Positions 1 to 10,073 of a stretch of DNA of 64,000 nt are shown here, in pieces. Each line of letters starts with the position of its first letter. Within the stretch, counting starts at the first letter, position 1. The notes under the pieces are model-generated. The model did no database searches. It was not told the DNA's origin and saw only the letters and a program-made list of their open reading frames with translations. A program made the translations under genes and the position numbers. Source of the DNA: Deltaproteobacteria bacterium (lineage in GTDB: Bacteria > Myxococcota > Myxococcia > Myxococcales > 40CM-4-68-19); assembly GCA_025358085.1 (NCBI GenBank), contig JANYKT010000140.1:40225-104224 (forward strand), read 5' to 3'.

Positions 1-1708
1 CGGCCAGATCGTGATCGATCGCGTCGACCCAGGCCCGCAGCTGCGCCAGCGGCAGCCGCGCGTCGGGCCGCAACGCCAGCGCGCGCGCCAGCTCGGCGAA
101 GCGCTGCGGGATCAGCGCCTGGTCCGCATCGCAGAGAGCGCGCGCCGGGTCGTCGTGCACCTCGACGATGATGCCGTCGGCGCCGGCCGCCCACGCCGCG
201 CGCGCGAGGCCTTCCACCAGGTCAGCCCGCCCTGCCGCGTGCGACGGATCGGCGATCAGCGGCAGATGCGTCAGCGCGCGCGCCGCCAGCAATCCTCCGA
301 TATCCAGCGTATTGCGCGTGGACGGCTCGAAGGTGCGGATCCCGCGCTCACAAAGAATCACGCGCAACTCTCCGGAAGCCATGACGTACTCAGCAGCTCC
401 CAGCCATTCATCCACCGTCGCGCCCGCGCCCCGCTTGAGCAATACCGGCCGCCCGGCCCGGCCCACCGCGCGCAACAGGTCGTAGTTCTGCATATTGCGC
501 GCGCCGATCTGCAGCACGTTCGCGTGCTCGGCAACCGCGGCCACCTGATCGACCGCCATCACCTCAGTCACGATGGGCAGGCCCACCGCCTTGCCCGCCT
601 CGACAAACCATTTCAATGCTTCGAGGCCGTAACCCTGGAATGCATACGGGTTGGTGCGGGGCTTGAAGATCCCGCCGCGCAGCGCGGTCGCCCCGCAGGC
701 TGCCACCTCGCGCGCGATGCGCATCACCTGCTCCGGCGACTCCACCGTGCAGGGACCGGCGATGACCGCGCGCGCCCCTGCGCCAACGCGGAACGGCCCC
801 ACCTCGACCACCGTCTGCGGCTTGCGCGCCGTGGCGTGGGGCAGCGACTTGACGACAGGTTCGGCGCCCGCCTTGCCGGCAATGCGAGCCGCGTGCGCCG
901 CCGGCTGGCCGAGCGAGACAACCTGCACGTCCCGCGCGGGCGCCAGCTGTTGCAGCCTGGCGGCGTCGGCGCCCAGTACCCAGAGCCGCACCGGGAACTC
1001 GGCAGTGCCGGCGAGCGGCAGCAGCGTCGCGCCGGTGAGAACGTCCAGCTTCGAAGTCGCGGTCATCGAGGAGGTCCGCAGAAAGGCGAGCGGGACCTGC
1101 GCGCGCGCGTGGTCCGCCATGCGCAAGTGAACGAAGCGAGTCCCGTTCTGCTCCTTGTCCGAGACGTCCTCGACCAAAACCTCGAGCCCATGCCGCTCGG
1201 CGGCGCGGCGCGAGCAGATGGCAGCGTCGGTGGACGAGTCGGCCGCGACGATCTGCGCGGCACCCGCGGTGTCGTAACAGACGACCCGCTCGATACCGAG
1301 CGCGGCCAGCCTGCCGGTGCATTGCCGCAGCGCCGCGGGATGCGACCAGGCGCGCTTGACATCATTGAGCGGAGTTCCCTTCCGCACCGCCAGCGCCAGT
1401 CTCACCGGCACCGAGGTCAATGCGGTCGCCACCAGATCAAAGCCGCTCACCACCGCAACCGCGAGCGGCTCCAGCGCTTCGGTAATGGCGCCGACCACCG
1501 CGTTCTCGAGTGGGAGCACCGCCTCGTCGACGGCTCCCTCGCGCAGCGCCTCGAGCACTTTTTCGAAGCTGGCGAATCCTTGCGGAATGCCGCCGTGCGC
1601 GGCCGCCGCGGTCTCGCCATAGGCGCCGGGCTCGCCTTGGTAGCCGACCTTCAACTCGGTCGCGGGACGCGTCTCTTCGGCCTGGCTTCCCTCAATTTCG
1701 CGCAGCAT
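1..1708 (-). CDS. Prephenate dehydratase + type I-beta DAHP synthase + chorismate mutase fusion (3' end outside window)
   Basis: Frame open from ATG 1708 to the window edge, so absent from the ORF track. My translation gives KVGYQGEPGAYGE, LPLEN, SHPAALRQC and NGTRF (PDT); IAGPCTVES, GGIFKPRTNPYAFQG, IGARNMQN, LLKRG, LCERGIRTF and ADPSH (DAHPS); LAQLRAWVDAIDHDLA at the edge (AroQ helix 1). Confidence 0.88.
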   Translation of the reverse strand, partial: MLREIEGSQAEETRPATELKVGYQGEPGAYGETAAAAHGGIPQGFASFEKVLEALREGAVDEAVLPLENAVVGAITEALEPLAVAVVSGFDLVATALTSVPVRLALAVRKGTPLNDVKRAWSHPAALRQCTGRLAALGIERVVCYDTAGAAQIVAADSSTDAAICSRRAAERHGLEVLVEDVSDKEQNGTRFVHLRMADHARAQVPLAFLRTSSMTATSKLDVLTGATLLPLAGTAEFPVRLWVLGADAARLQQLAPARDVQVVSLGQPAAHAARIAGKAGAEPVVKSLPHATARKPQTVVEVGPFRVGAGARAVIAGPCTVESPEQVMRIAREVAACGATALRGGIFKPRTNPYAFQGYGLEALKWFVEAGKAVGLPIVTEVMAVDQVAAVAEHANVLQIGARNMQNYDLLRAVGRAGRPVLLKRGAGATVDEWLGAAEYVMASGELRVILCERGIRTFEPSTRNTLDIGGLLAARALTHLPLIADPSHAAGRADLVEGLARAAWAAGADGIIVEVHDDPARALCDADQALIPQRFAELARALALRPDARLPLAQLRAWVDAIDHDLA

Positions 1709-1751
1709 GCTTGCGACACTATCAAGTTGTCAGCGTGATAAGTCTGCCTGA

Positions 1752-2684
1752 ATGTCCAACGAGCCGCCGGACGACGCCCCGCTCTCGAAGCATTCTTTTC
1801 CGAACGACCTCGCCACTGAGCCCTTCGCGGCTGTCTTCCGCAAGCACTTCGCCGCCTTGAAGGCCGCGCACGAAGCGCAACCCCACGAGGGCGTGCTGAT
1901 TGCCGCAGTGGACGGCAACGGACTCTTCGACGCGCACGCGCATTTGCGGCTGCCACAGACCGGCATCGCCCACCTGATCGTCGGCCGGCACGAGCGCTGC
2001 GACGTGGTGCTCTCGCGCGACACCGACGTGTCGCTGCGCCATATGCTCATCCGCGCCACCCGCGGGCCGAAGGGACAGATTCATTTGCGCGCAATCGATC
2101 TGCGCTCGCGGGTGGGTCTGCTCAGTGAGGACGGCAAGCGCTGCGAGGCCATTGCGTCCAAGGGACCGCTCTTCCTCCAGGTCGCGAGCTACGTGCTCTT
2201 TCTTTTGCCGACCGGGCCCGCCCTCAAGCCCTGGGCCGGCGACGCGGACGCCACCTGGCGCGGCTTCGCCCCGCGCGATCAGGAAATCTTGCCGGCGCCG
2301 CAAGCGCTCAAGTCGCGCGCGGCGCCATCAGCGGGCTCGGTGCGGCTGGCCACCATTACGATTTCCTCCAACTCGCCGCAGGCGGGAGACCTCACCTCGA
2401 CTCATGCTGTCTGGAGCGATCAACTGGAGCGCGGCATCTTGGTGGGCCGCGACGATCGCTGCAGCCACGGCGGCGTCGAAGAGGGGAACCTGAGCCGCGT
2501 GCATCTGGTGCTGCTCAGCGTCGACGACGAGGTCTGGGCCATCGACACCGCCTCAACCAATGGAACGCGCGCCTACAACGGACCGCCCTTCCGGCAATTG
2601 CTGCTCACCGGCGAGACGCACCTGGTGCTCGCCGACGCACTCTCCCTGCGCTGGGCGCCGGTGGTTCACGCGATCCGCGCTTAG
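1752..2684 (+). CDS. FHA-domain protein (two FHA-like domains)
   Basis: IVGRHERCD...VSLRH and LVGRDDRC...LSRVH...DTASTNGT match the FHA GR/SxxH/NG motifs. Confidence 0.8.
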   Translation: MSNEPPDDAPLSKHSFPNDLATEPFAAVFRKHFAALKAAHEAQPHEGVLIAAVDGNGLFDAHAHLRLPQTGIAHLIVGRHERCDVVLSRDTDVSLRHMLIRATRGPKGQIHLRAIDLRSRVGLLSEDGKRCEAIASKGPLFLQVASYVLFLLPTGPALKPWAGDADATWRGFAPRDQEILPAPQALKSRAAPSAGSVRLATITISSNSPQAGDLTSTHAVWSDQLERGILVGRDDRCSHGGVEEGNLSRVHLVLLSVDDEVWAIDTASTNGTRAYNGPPFRQLLLTGETHLVLADALSLRWAPVVHAIRA

Positions 2685-2698
2685 CTGCCGCAGGATCG

Positions 2699-3895
2699 TC
2701 AGGGCAGGTCAGGCGCGGCGTTGAAGGTCGCGGTGCCATTCAATGAGCCGAGGAATGCAAGCAGCGCTTTGCGATCCTTCGCAGACAGCTTGTTGGGCTT
2801 GAGCTTCTCGTCGAGCTTCGGGTTTTGCTTGCCGCCTGCGAGCATCAGGTCCACCGCTTCTTCCAGCGACTTCGCGCTGCCGTCGTGGAAGTACGGCCCC
2901 GTGCGCGTGATCTCGCGCAGCGGCTGGGTTTTGAACTTGCCATCGTCGGCGGGGTCCTTGGTGGCGTCCATCCGGCCGTGATCGGCGAAGGTTCCAGGGC
3001 CGCCGGCCGCGGGCTCGGTATATCCCAGGCCTGCATTGTGAAATTGCGAGTCGGTATACAAGGGAGGGACGTGGCAGAGCGTGCAGCGGGCGTTTTCGAA
3101 GACCTGGTGCCCGTGCTTTATTTCCTTGGAGACGGCCTTCTTGTCGCCGCCTTCAAACTTGTCCCACGGCGCGTCGCCGGTCTTCAGCGCGCGCAGGAAT
3201 GCCGCCAGCGCCTGCGGGATGTTGCCGGGGGTCGCATTCTCCTTGAAGGCGCGCTGGAACGCGGCGCGATAATTCGCGATGCCATTGAGTTGGTCGGCGA
3301 CGCCCTGCTTGCTGGCCACGAGTTGGCCGGTCCAGGCTGCCTCGACGACTGCCTCCAGAGTGGGCTTGCGGCCGTCCCAATAGAATGCCTGGTGATAAGC
3401 GACATTGAGCATACCGGGCGCATTGCGCTTGTTCAGCTTGCCGTCGTCTTTCTTGTCCACCGCCTCGCCGGAGGTCCATGCCTTTTCGGGGTGATGGCAG
3501 CTCTCGCAGGACAGGGTCCCGCTCTTCGATAACCGCTTGTCGAAGAAGAGCTGGTATCCCAGCGCGACCTTCTCGGGAGTCGTCGCGTTGTCGGCCGGCG
3601 CGGTCACCTCGCCGAGGAACGCCGGCGTCTTTGGAATGGCCGGCGCATCGGGCAGCGCCACTCCCTCGATCGATGCTTTTGCAGCCGGGGCCGTGACCGG
3701 ACCCGCATCGGGCGCACCGGCATCGGCACCACTCGTCCCCGCGTCGGCGGCCGCGGGACCGATTCCCGTGGCCTGGCCTGACAACTCCATGCCGCCGTCG
3801 AGCGACGCCGCGATGGGCTCCGCCACCGGCTTTGGCTCTTCATGCTTGCAGGATGTGAGTGCCGCGAGGAAGAAAATCGAGAAGGAGAGTCGCAT
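2699..3895 (-). CDS. Di-heme cytochrome c peroxidase (CCP/MauG family), probable lipoprotein
   Basis: Two CxxCH motifs (CESCH, CTLCH), LFFDKRLS, FYWDGR, GPYFHDG; lipobox LTSC after ATG 3895. Confidence 0.9.
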   Translation of the reverse strand: MRLSFSIFFLAALTSCKHEEPKPVAEPIAASLDGGMELSGQATGIGPAAADAGTSGADAGAPDAGPVTAPAAKASIEGVALPDAPAIPKTPAFLGEVTAPADNATTPEKVALGYQLFFDKRLSKSGTLSCESCHHPEKAWTSGEAVDKKDDGKLNKRNAPGMLNVAYHQAFYWDGRKPTLEAVVEAAWTGQLVASKQGVADQLNGIANYRAAFQRAFKENATPGNIPQALAAFLRALKTGDAPWDKFEGGDKKAVSKEIKHGHQVFENARCTLCHVPPLYTDSQFHNAGLGYTEPAAGGPGTFADHGRMDATKDPADDGKFKTQPLREITRTGPYFHDGSAKSLEEAVDLMLAGGKQNPKLDEKLKPNKLSAKDRKALLAFLGSLNGTATFNAAPDLP

Positions 3896-3983
3896 GACGC
3901 GCACCCTAGAAAGCCGCCCGTGCCCTGTCAATTGGCGCGACCAATTCATTGCTGCCCAATGCTGCTTTTCTTAAGCTGTTCCT

Positions 3984-4415
3984 ATGATGATCCAGAAAAT
4001 ACTTGCAGCGGTGGATTCGTCGCCGCGGGCCGCCAGCGTGGTCGCAGCCGCGGTAGATTTGGCAGCCCGATACCAGGCGCAAGTGGTGCTGCTGCGCGTG
4101 CTGGCGGTGCCACAAGAGTATCCGGCGGCTGCGGCGAACCTCGACGACCCACTCGGAAAAGCGCTGGTGCAGGAGGCGGCGACAGAGCTTGAAGTGCTCG
4201 CTCGCGGCCACGCAAACCTGACGGTGGCCGCACCGGTCGTCTTTGCGGGGCAGCCGTGGCGCGCCATCCTCGACGCGGCGCAGAGTCTGGGCGCCGATTT
4301 GATCGTCGTCGGCAGTCACGGCTACAGCGGGTGGGACCGCATCCTCGGCACCACCGCCAGCAAGGTCGCGGACCACGCCGACCGCAGCGTGTTGGTCGTC
4401 CACGAGAAGCGTTAA
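3984..4415 (+). CDS. Universal stress protein
   Basis: KILAAVDSS...ADLIVVGSHG...LGTTASKV...SVLVV. Confidence 0.92.
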   Translation: MMIQKILAAVDSSPRAASVVAAAVDLAARYQAQVVLLRVLAVPQEYPAAAANLDDPLGKALVQEAATELEVLARGHANLTVAAPVVFAGQPWRAILDAAQSLGADLIVVGSHGYSGWDRILGTTASKVADHADRSVLVVHEKR

Positions 4416-4416
4416 G

Positions 4417-5793
4417 TTATTGCTTGTCGTCGGCGTCGACAGCGAGGCTCAACCAGCGCGCCAGCGTCTTGCCGTCCACGCCCAGGCGCTCGGCTGTGCT
4501 GGTGCGGTGGTTGCCGCATTTTTCCAGCGCCCAGGCGGCGTAGCGGCGCTGCACCTCGCGGATGGGAAGCACCGTCTCGCCGAGCGGCGGGCCGGAGGTG
4601 GAAGCGCTCTCCCCCGCGCCCAGCGCCGGCGGGAGGTCGATCACCAGCGCCTCGCTGGATTGGCCCAGCAAGACCACGCGCTCGAGGGCGTGCTTGAGTT
4701 CGCGCAGGTTTCCGGGCCAGCGGTGATCGAACAGCCGCGCCAGGGCCGCGGGCGCGAGCCGTTCGACGGGCGAGCCCGGATGTCGACCCCTCGCCTCGCG
4801 GAGAAAGTGCGCGATTAAATCCGGCAGGTCCTCCCGGCGCTCGCGCAGCGGAGGCAGCTCGAGAGCGACCACCTCCAGGCGATAGAGCAGGTCCTCGCGG
4901 AACGAGCCGTCCTTCACCCGCTCGCGCAGGTCGGCGTGGGTGGCCGCGATGATGCGCACGTCGACGGCGCGCTCTTTCGAGGCGCCGACGGGCCGCACCG
5001 CGCCGGTCTCGAGCGCGCGCAGCAGCTTGGCCTGCAGCGCGGGCGTCATCTCGCCAATCTCGTCGAGGAAAAGCGTCCCGCCGTCGGCTTCGGCGAAGAG
5101 ACCCGCGCGCCCTTCGCTCGCGCCGGTGAAGGCACCCTTGGTGTGCCCGAACAGCTCGCTCTCCAGCAGGGCGTCGGGCAGCGCGGCGCAGTTGACGGCT
5201 ACGAAGCTCCTCGCGGCGCGTTGACTCGCGGCGTGGATGGCGTGCGCAAACAGCCCCTTGCCGGTGCCCGTCTCCCCGAGCAACAGCACCGGCGCCGAAG
5301 TCGTGGCGACGCGCTCCGCCACCTCGATGGTCCTGCGCATCGCCGCGCTCTTGCCGATCACATTGCCGAATCCCAGCCGTTCCCGCAGGGCCGCCCGCAG
5401 CGTCCGGGCCTCGCGGCGAAGCGTCGATTCGCCGAGCGCGCGCTCGAGGAAGAGCAGCAGCTCCTCCACCTTGAATGGCTTGGTCAGGTAATGATAAGCG
5501 CCGCGCCGGATCGACTCGACCGCGGTGTCGACCGCGCCAAATGCGGTCATGACGATGACCGGGCGTTCGGGCGCGGCCCTTCGCGAGGCGGTCAGGAGTT
5601 CGAGACCGTCCACTCCCGGCATGCGCAGATCGGTAATCAATGCATCGAATGGCTCGTCGATGCGCGCGAGCGCCTCGCGGCTCGAGGGCAGGGCCAGAGC
5701 CTCGTAGCCATGATCCGACAGGCTGTCGGCCAGCGTCTCGGCCATCTCGGGCCGGTCGTCCACGATCAACACGCGCGGCTTTCGCTCAGGCAC
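4417..5793 (-). CDS. Sigma54-dependent response regulator (NtrC family: REC-AAA+-HTH)
   Basis: [47 protein letters not shown]; GTG 5793 overlaps the kinase stop. Confidence 0.93.
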   Translation of the reverse strand: MPERKPRVLIVDDRPEMAETLADSLSDHGYEALALPSSREALARIDEPFDALITDLRMPGVDGLELLTASRRAAPERPVIVMTAFGAVDTAVESIRRGAYHYLTKPFKVEELLLFLERALGESTLRREARTLRAALRERLGFGNVIGKSAAMRRTIEVAERVATTSAPVLLLGETGTGKGLFAHAIHAASQRAARSFVAVNCAALPDALLESELFGHTKGAFTGASEGRAGLFAEADGGTLFLDEIGEMTPALQAKLLRALETGAVRPVGASKERAVDVRIIAATHADLRERVKDGSFREDLLYRLEVVALELPPLRERREDLPDLIAHFLREARGRHPGSPVERLAPAALARLFDHRWPGNLRELKHALERVVLLGQSSEALVIDLPPALGAGESASTSGPPLGETVLPIREVQRRYAAWALEKCGNHRTSTAERLGVDGKTLARWLSLAVDADDKQ

Positions 5794-7291
5794 TGGACGC
5801 GTCCTCCTTGGCGAGCGGGATTGCGATGCTGACCACCGTCCCGCGCTGCTCCCCGCGGCCGATGCTGAGCGTACCCCGATGCGTCTTGACGATCTCGTTG
5901 GCGATGGCGAGACCCAGGCCGGTGCCCCGGTCCGGCGCCTTGGTGGTGAAGAATGGCTCAGTCGCCCGCGCGGCGATGGCGTCGGAGATCCCCTCGCCGT
6001 CGTCCTCGACCAGGAAGGCGACGAACCCGTTGCGCGTCTCGGCGCGCAGCACGACCGAGCCGCCCCGGCTGCAGGCATCGCAGGCGTTGAGCAGGAGATT
6101 GACGATGGCGTGGCCGAGCAGCCGCGCGTCGCAGGAGATGTGCGGCAGCTCGGGCGGGACCATTGCCGAGAGCGTCACGCCCGCCTGGGTGAAGCGGTGC
6201 TCGACCAGCAGCAGCGCGGCTTCGGCGACCGTCGCGGGGCGCAGGCTGGTCAGCGCCGGCGCCGACCCGCGCGCGAGTCCAAGGAAGCCGCGGATCACCT
6301 CGCGAATGCTCTCCGCCTGATCAATGATGGCCTGCACCGCCTTGTTGGCGCGCTCGTCGCCATTCACGCGCGTGCGCAATTGCTCGGCGCGTCCGACGAT
6401 GACCCCGAGCGGCGTGGCGATCTCGTGCGCCACCCCCGAGGCGAGCGTGATCACGGTAGCCGCGCGGCCCTCCCGATCGAGCCGGACTTCGCGCTCGCGG
6501 GCCAGCTGTTCGAGCGAGAGCGACCTGGAAGTCTCGAGTTCCCGCTTGCGCTCCCGCAGCGCGAACCCGCCGAAGAGCAGGACCAGCCCGCCCGCCAGCA
6601 CCGTCGACAACAGCAGCCGCGTGCTGGCGCGGCGCGCGCGATCCCGGTCGCGGCTGGCGGTGGTGACCACCGCGACGCCCCAGCGCCCGAGCAGCGGATC
6701 ATTCACCATCGCCAGCCCGGCCATGGCAGTGCGCGGCGGCAGCCCCACGCGCGCGGCCACCGCCTGCGGGAGCCGGACGGTGGACCGGCCGCTCTCGAGC
6801 GGCTCGCGCAACTCGTCGGCAACGAGGCGCCGGCCGTCCGAGGTGTAGAACGCCCCCGCGTGCGGCGGCAGCAGGAGCACGAGCCGCTGGGTGCCGTGAT
6901 CGATGCGAGCGAGCGGCTTGAGCAGATTCGCGGTGGGCGTGGTCAGGTCCACCACTCGCCCGTCTCCCACGGGAACGCTGAGGAGCACGGCCGGCGCGTC
7001 GGGAAGCGCGGCCGCCTGGGCGTCGGCGCTTCGGATGCGCGTCGCGAGATAGGCAAAGGAGATCTCCGTTCGCATCGGCGCGAGCGCCAACAGGATCGCG
7101 TCGTGGCGCGCTCCCTCGAGGCGGACCGCGAGCCCGCCCGCGACGCTGAACGCGAGTGTGGATTGCTCCTCGGCGAACTCCTCCAGCGCCAGCGCGGCCT
7201 CGCGTTGCTGATCCCAGAAGGCGAGCGCAACGACCGCCGCCACGGCGAGAGCCATCGACAGGATCAGCCAGGGTGGGCGCGCTAAAGTCAT
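5786..7291 (-). CDS. Membrane sensor histidine kinase
   Basis: Two TM segments, H-box VAHEIATPL, N-box NLLLNA, DDGEG, PFFTTK, GTGLGL. Confidence 0.92.
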   Translation of the reverse strand: MTLARPPWLILSMALAVAAVVALAFWDQQREAALALEEFAEEQSTLAFSVAGGLAVRLEGARHDAILLALAPMRTEISFAYLATRIRSADAQAAALPDAPAVLLSVPVGDGRVVDLTTPTANLLKPLARIDHGTQRLVLLLPPHAGAFYTSDGRRLVADELREPLESGRSTVRLPQAVAARVGLPPRTAMAGLAMVNDPLLGRWGVAVVTTASRDRDRARRASTRLLLSTVLAGGLVLLFGGFALRERKRELETSRSLSLEQLAREREVRLDREGRAATVITLASGVAHEIATPLGVIVGRAEQLRTRVNGDERANKAVQAIIDQAESIREVIRGFLGLARGSAPALTSLRPATVAEAALLLVEHRFTQAGVTLSAMVPPELPHISCDARLLGHAIVNLLLNACDACSRGGSVVLRAETRNGFVAFLVEDDGEGISDAIAARATEPFFTTKAPDRGTGLGLAIANEIVKTHRGTLSIGRGEQRGTVVSIAIPLAKEDASSA

Positions 7292-7367
7292 TGCCAAGGT
7301 GGTTGAAAAGCAAAGCGCGGACCACCGCTGCAGCCCTCTGCGGGCTCGCGGCCGGCCGCCGCGAATC

Positions 7368-7412
7368 CGGAGAATCTCCTGCGGTGATCCGGAAATTTTC
7401 CGGACTGTCCGG
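7368..7412. promoter_or_regulatory. Tandem palindromes, probable enhancer-binding-protein sites
   Basis: GGAGAATCTCC (7369-7379), TCCGGAAATTTTCCGGA (7388-7404) and CCGGACTGTCCGG (7400-7412), upstream of a sigma54 motif. Confidence 0.55.
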
Positions 7413-7448
7413 CGCGCAACCTACCTCCTTCAAGACGGAGCAGGTGCA

Positions 7449-7464
7449 TGGCATGAACCCTGCT
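7449..7464 (+). promoter_or_regulatory. Sigma54 -24/-12 promoter
   Basis: TGGCATGAACCCTGCT has exact GG-N10-GC spacing; the adjacent divergent operon encodes a GAFTGA activator. Confidence 0.7.
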
Positions 7465-7476
7465 CTTCGGCGCCGC

Positions 7477-8859
7477 ATGCCCGGTCGCTCGTTCCTGCTG
7501 TTGACCCTGTTCACAAGTCTAGGCCTGCCTGCCGCGGCGGGCGCCCAGTCGCCGCCGGCTCCTGCTGCGCTGACGCTCGAGGCAGCCTTGCGGTTCGCGC
7601 ACGATCACCAGCCGTCGCTGCTCGCGGCGCGCGCTCGCATCGAAGCCAGCCGGGCCGCGGCGCTGATCCCGCGCGCGGCCTGGTATCCGCGCGCCTCGGC
7701 CTCGGCGCAGATCTTCGAGGGCACGACCAACAACACCACCGCTTCCTATGCCGCGCCGTATGGCATCGATCTCCCCCGCATCGGCGGCACGCGCACCGCC
7801 GCGACCGGCAGCTGGAGTCCCTCCCCCTCCACGCTGGGCGCGGTCGGCGCGCGCCAGGAGGTCTTCGACTTTGGACGCCTCGCCGCCCTCTCGGCCGCTT
7901 CAGACGCCCTGACCGAGGTCGAACGCGCGCGCGGGGATCTCGCGGTCCTCGATGTGGACTTTGCCATCGAAGAATCGTTCCTCGCGGTCAAGGCGGCCAA
8001 GGCAGTGCTGAGCGCGTCGGCGGCGGCGGTGCGACGGTCGGAAGTTCATCGCGACGCCGCGCGCGCCGGCGTGCAGACCGGCCTGCGCCGCCCGATCGAT
8101 CTGACCCGCGCCGAAGCTGACGTGGCGCGATTCGAGGTCGGCCGGGTCCGCGCCGAAGGCGGCGTGACCGCGGCCCAGAGCTTGTTCGCCGCGGCGACCG
8201 GCGTCCCTTCCCCCCTGCTCGACGCGGCCGGAGAAGCGACCGTGCCCACGGCCGCGCCCGGCATGGAGGAGGCGCTGCAGCAGGCGCTGGCGAGCGATCC
8301 GCTCCTCCGCGTCTCCAACGCACTGGTCGTCGCCCAGCAGGCGCAGACCACGGCCATCAGCGCGGAGCTGCGCCCGGATCTGCAACTGACCGCATCGCTT
8401 TCCGCGCGGGCGGGAGGCGCCACACCCACGGCGGGCGGGTTGCCGGACGGCAGCGGCTACTTCCCGGAGGTGCAGAACTGGGACCTGGGTTTGATGTTGT
8501 CGTGGCCTTTCTTCGACCAGGTCGTTCGCGCGCGGCGCGACACCTCGAGGGCGCAGGAGGCGGTGCGGAGGTCCGAGGCAAACGCGACCCGCGCCACTGT
8601 CGTCACGGGCGTCCAGCAGGCGTCGGTGTCCCTGACCTCCGCCCAGCGTGCGGTCCCCGCGCTGCAGCGATCGGTCGAGGCGGCACGCGCCAACTACGCC
8701 CAGGCCGATGCGCGGGCGCGGGCGGGGCTGAGCAGCCAGCTGGAGCTCGCGGACGCGGACGCGCTGCTGGTTGACGCGGAGATCTCGCTCGCGCTGGGCG
8801 AATTCGAGGCGGCGCGCGCCCGCGCCCGCCTGGCACGACTGACTTCGGAGGCACCTTGA
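7477..8859 (+). CDS. TolC family outer membrane efflux protein
   Basis: Signal peptide from MPGRSFLLL, LTLEAAL...QPSL, OEP-type helical repeats; first gene of an MFP/RND operon. Start could also be ATG 7453. Confidence 0.88.
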   Translation: MPGRSFLLLTLFTSLGLPAAAGAQSPPAPAALTLEAALRFAHDHQPSLLAARARIEASRAAALIPRAAWYPRASASAQIFEGTTNNTTASYAAPYGIDLPRIGGTRTAATGSWSPSPSTLGAVGARQEVFDFGRLAALSAASDALTEVERARGDLAVLDVDFAIEESFLAVKAAKAVLSASAAAVRRSEVHRDAARAGVQTGLRRPIDLTRAEADVARFEVGRVRAEGGVTAAQSLFAAATGVPSPLLDAAGEATVPTAAPGMEEALQQALASDPLLRVSNALVVAQQAQTTAISAELRPDLQLTASLSARAGGATPTAGGLPDGSGYFPEVQNWDLGLMLSWPFFDQVVRARRDTSRAQEAVRRSEANATRATVVTGVQQASVSLTSAQRAVPALQRSVEAARANYAQADARARAGLSSQLELADADALLVDAEISLALGEFEAARARARLARLTSEAP

Positions 8860-10073
8860 CGAAACCTGAATCGCTGGCCACACCCGCCCCCCCGGCGAGC
8901 GCGCTCGCGTCGGATCAGAGCCGGCGGATCCCGCTCACCATCGCAGCCGGCGTGGTCGCGCTGCTGGTCCTGGGCGGCGCGCTGTTCGCCCGCGCGCACG
9001 GCCGCACCAATGATGTCGCGCTGGTCTCCACCCCCAAAGGCGTCACCGCGCTGCGCGTCGTCGCCGCGAAGTACCGCAGGACGCGCCGCTACGTCGGCAC
9101 GCTCGAGCCGTGGGTCGCGGCCCGCATCGGTCCCCAGCTCGTCTCGGCCTATCTCGACACCGTGCTGGTGCGGCCGGGCGCGGTGGTCAAGCGGGGACAG
9201 GTCGTGGCCACGCTCGACTGCCGCAACAGCTCCGCGGTGAGCAAGGCGGTGGCGATGCAGGCGCGGGCGCTGGAGCGGACCCAGAAAGCAGTCGCGAGCG
9301 AGTCGGCGCGCGTCGGCAGCCTGCTCGGCGGCGGCTTCGTCTCGCCCGACGAGGTGGAGCAGAAGCAAGCCGAGAGCGAGAGCAAAGAGGCGCAGGTGCT
9401 GGCCCTCCAGGCGCAGCTCGCGGGCGCGAGCCTGCAGGTCTCTGATTGCATATTGCGCGCGCCCTTCGACGGCGAAATCTCCGAGCGCTCGATGGACCCT
9501 GGCGCGTTTGCCCGCCCCGGCTCCTCGATCGTCAGCGAGATCGATCGCGGCACCATCCGGCTCACCGCCGAGGTGCCCGAAGACGACTTCGCCGACGTCG
9601 CGCCCGGCGCGGCGGTCGCCGTCCATGTGCTCGCCACCGGCCAGGATCTCGCCGGGAAGGTGGCTCGCCGCGCGCCCGGCGCGGACCTCTCGACGCGCAC
9701 GGTGCACATTGAGATCGACCTGCCGAATCGCGACCGCCGCATCCCGGTGAACACGACCGCGGAGCTCCGGCTCGACGTGGGCCAGCCGCTCGACGCAGCG
9801 CAGATCCCGCTCGCCGCGGCGACCGTGCGCGGCGAGAAGGCGACGGTGTTCGTGATTGAAAACGACGTCGCTCACCAGAAGAGCTTCCGTATGCTGGGCG
9901 AACGCGAAGGCGCGCTGTTTCTCGACCCCTCGCTGACAGCTGGCACTCCGGTGGTGACGCAGGGTCGCTCCGCTCTCGCCGAGGGCGACAAGGTAGCGGC
10001 GCGGATCAGCGAGGCGCAGGCTCCTGCCCGGCCGCCGCCCGAGGGCCACCTGGAAGGCGAGGGGCGGCCATGA
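8856..10073 (+). CDS. RND efflux periplasmic adaptor (MFP)
   Basis: N-terminal TM, GAVVKRGQVVATLD lipoyl motif, LRAPFDG, TRTV. Confidence 0.9.
   Translation: MTKPESLATPAPPASALASDQSRRIPLTIAAGVVALLVLGGALFARAHGRTNDVALVSTPKGVTALRVVAAKYRRTRRYVGTLEPWVAARIGPQLVSAYLDTVLVRPGAVVKRGQVVATLDCRNSSAVSKAVAMQARALERTQKAVASESARVGSLLGGGFVSPDEVEQKQAESESKEAQVLALQAQLAGASLQVSDCILRAPFDGEISERSMDPGAFARPGSSIVSEIDRGTIRLTAEVPEDDFADVAPGAAVAVHVLATGQDLAGKVARRAPGADLSTRTVHIEIDLPNRDRRIPVNTTAELRLDVGQPLDAAQIPLAAATVRGEKATVFVIENDVAHQKSFRMLGEREGALFLDPSLTAGTPVVTQGRSALAEGDKVAARISEAQAPARPPPEGHLEGEGRP

Noticed and set aside
11-1738. 575-aa plus-strand ORF and many other long antisense or alternate-frame ORFs (e.g. 5879-7285, 18451-19797, 38659-40836, 57650-58930)
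   Set aside because: High-GC shadow ORFs of motif-supported genes on the opposite strand, with no recognisable motifs.
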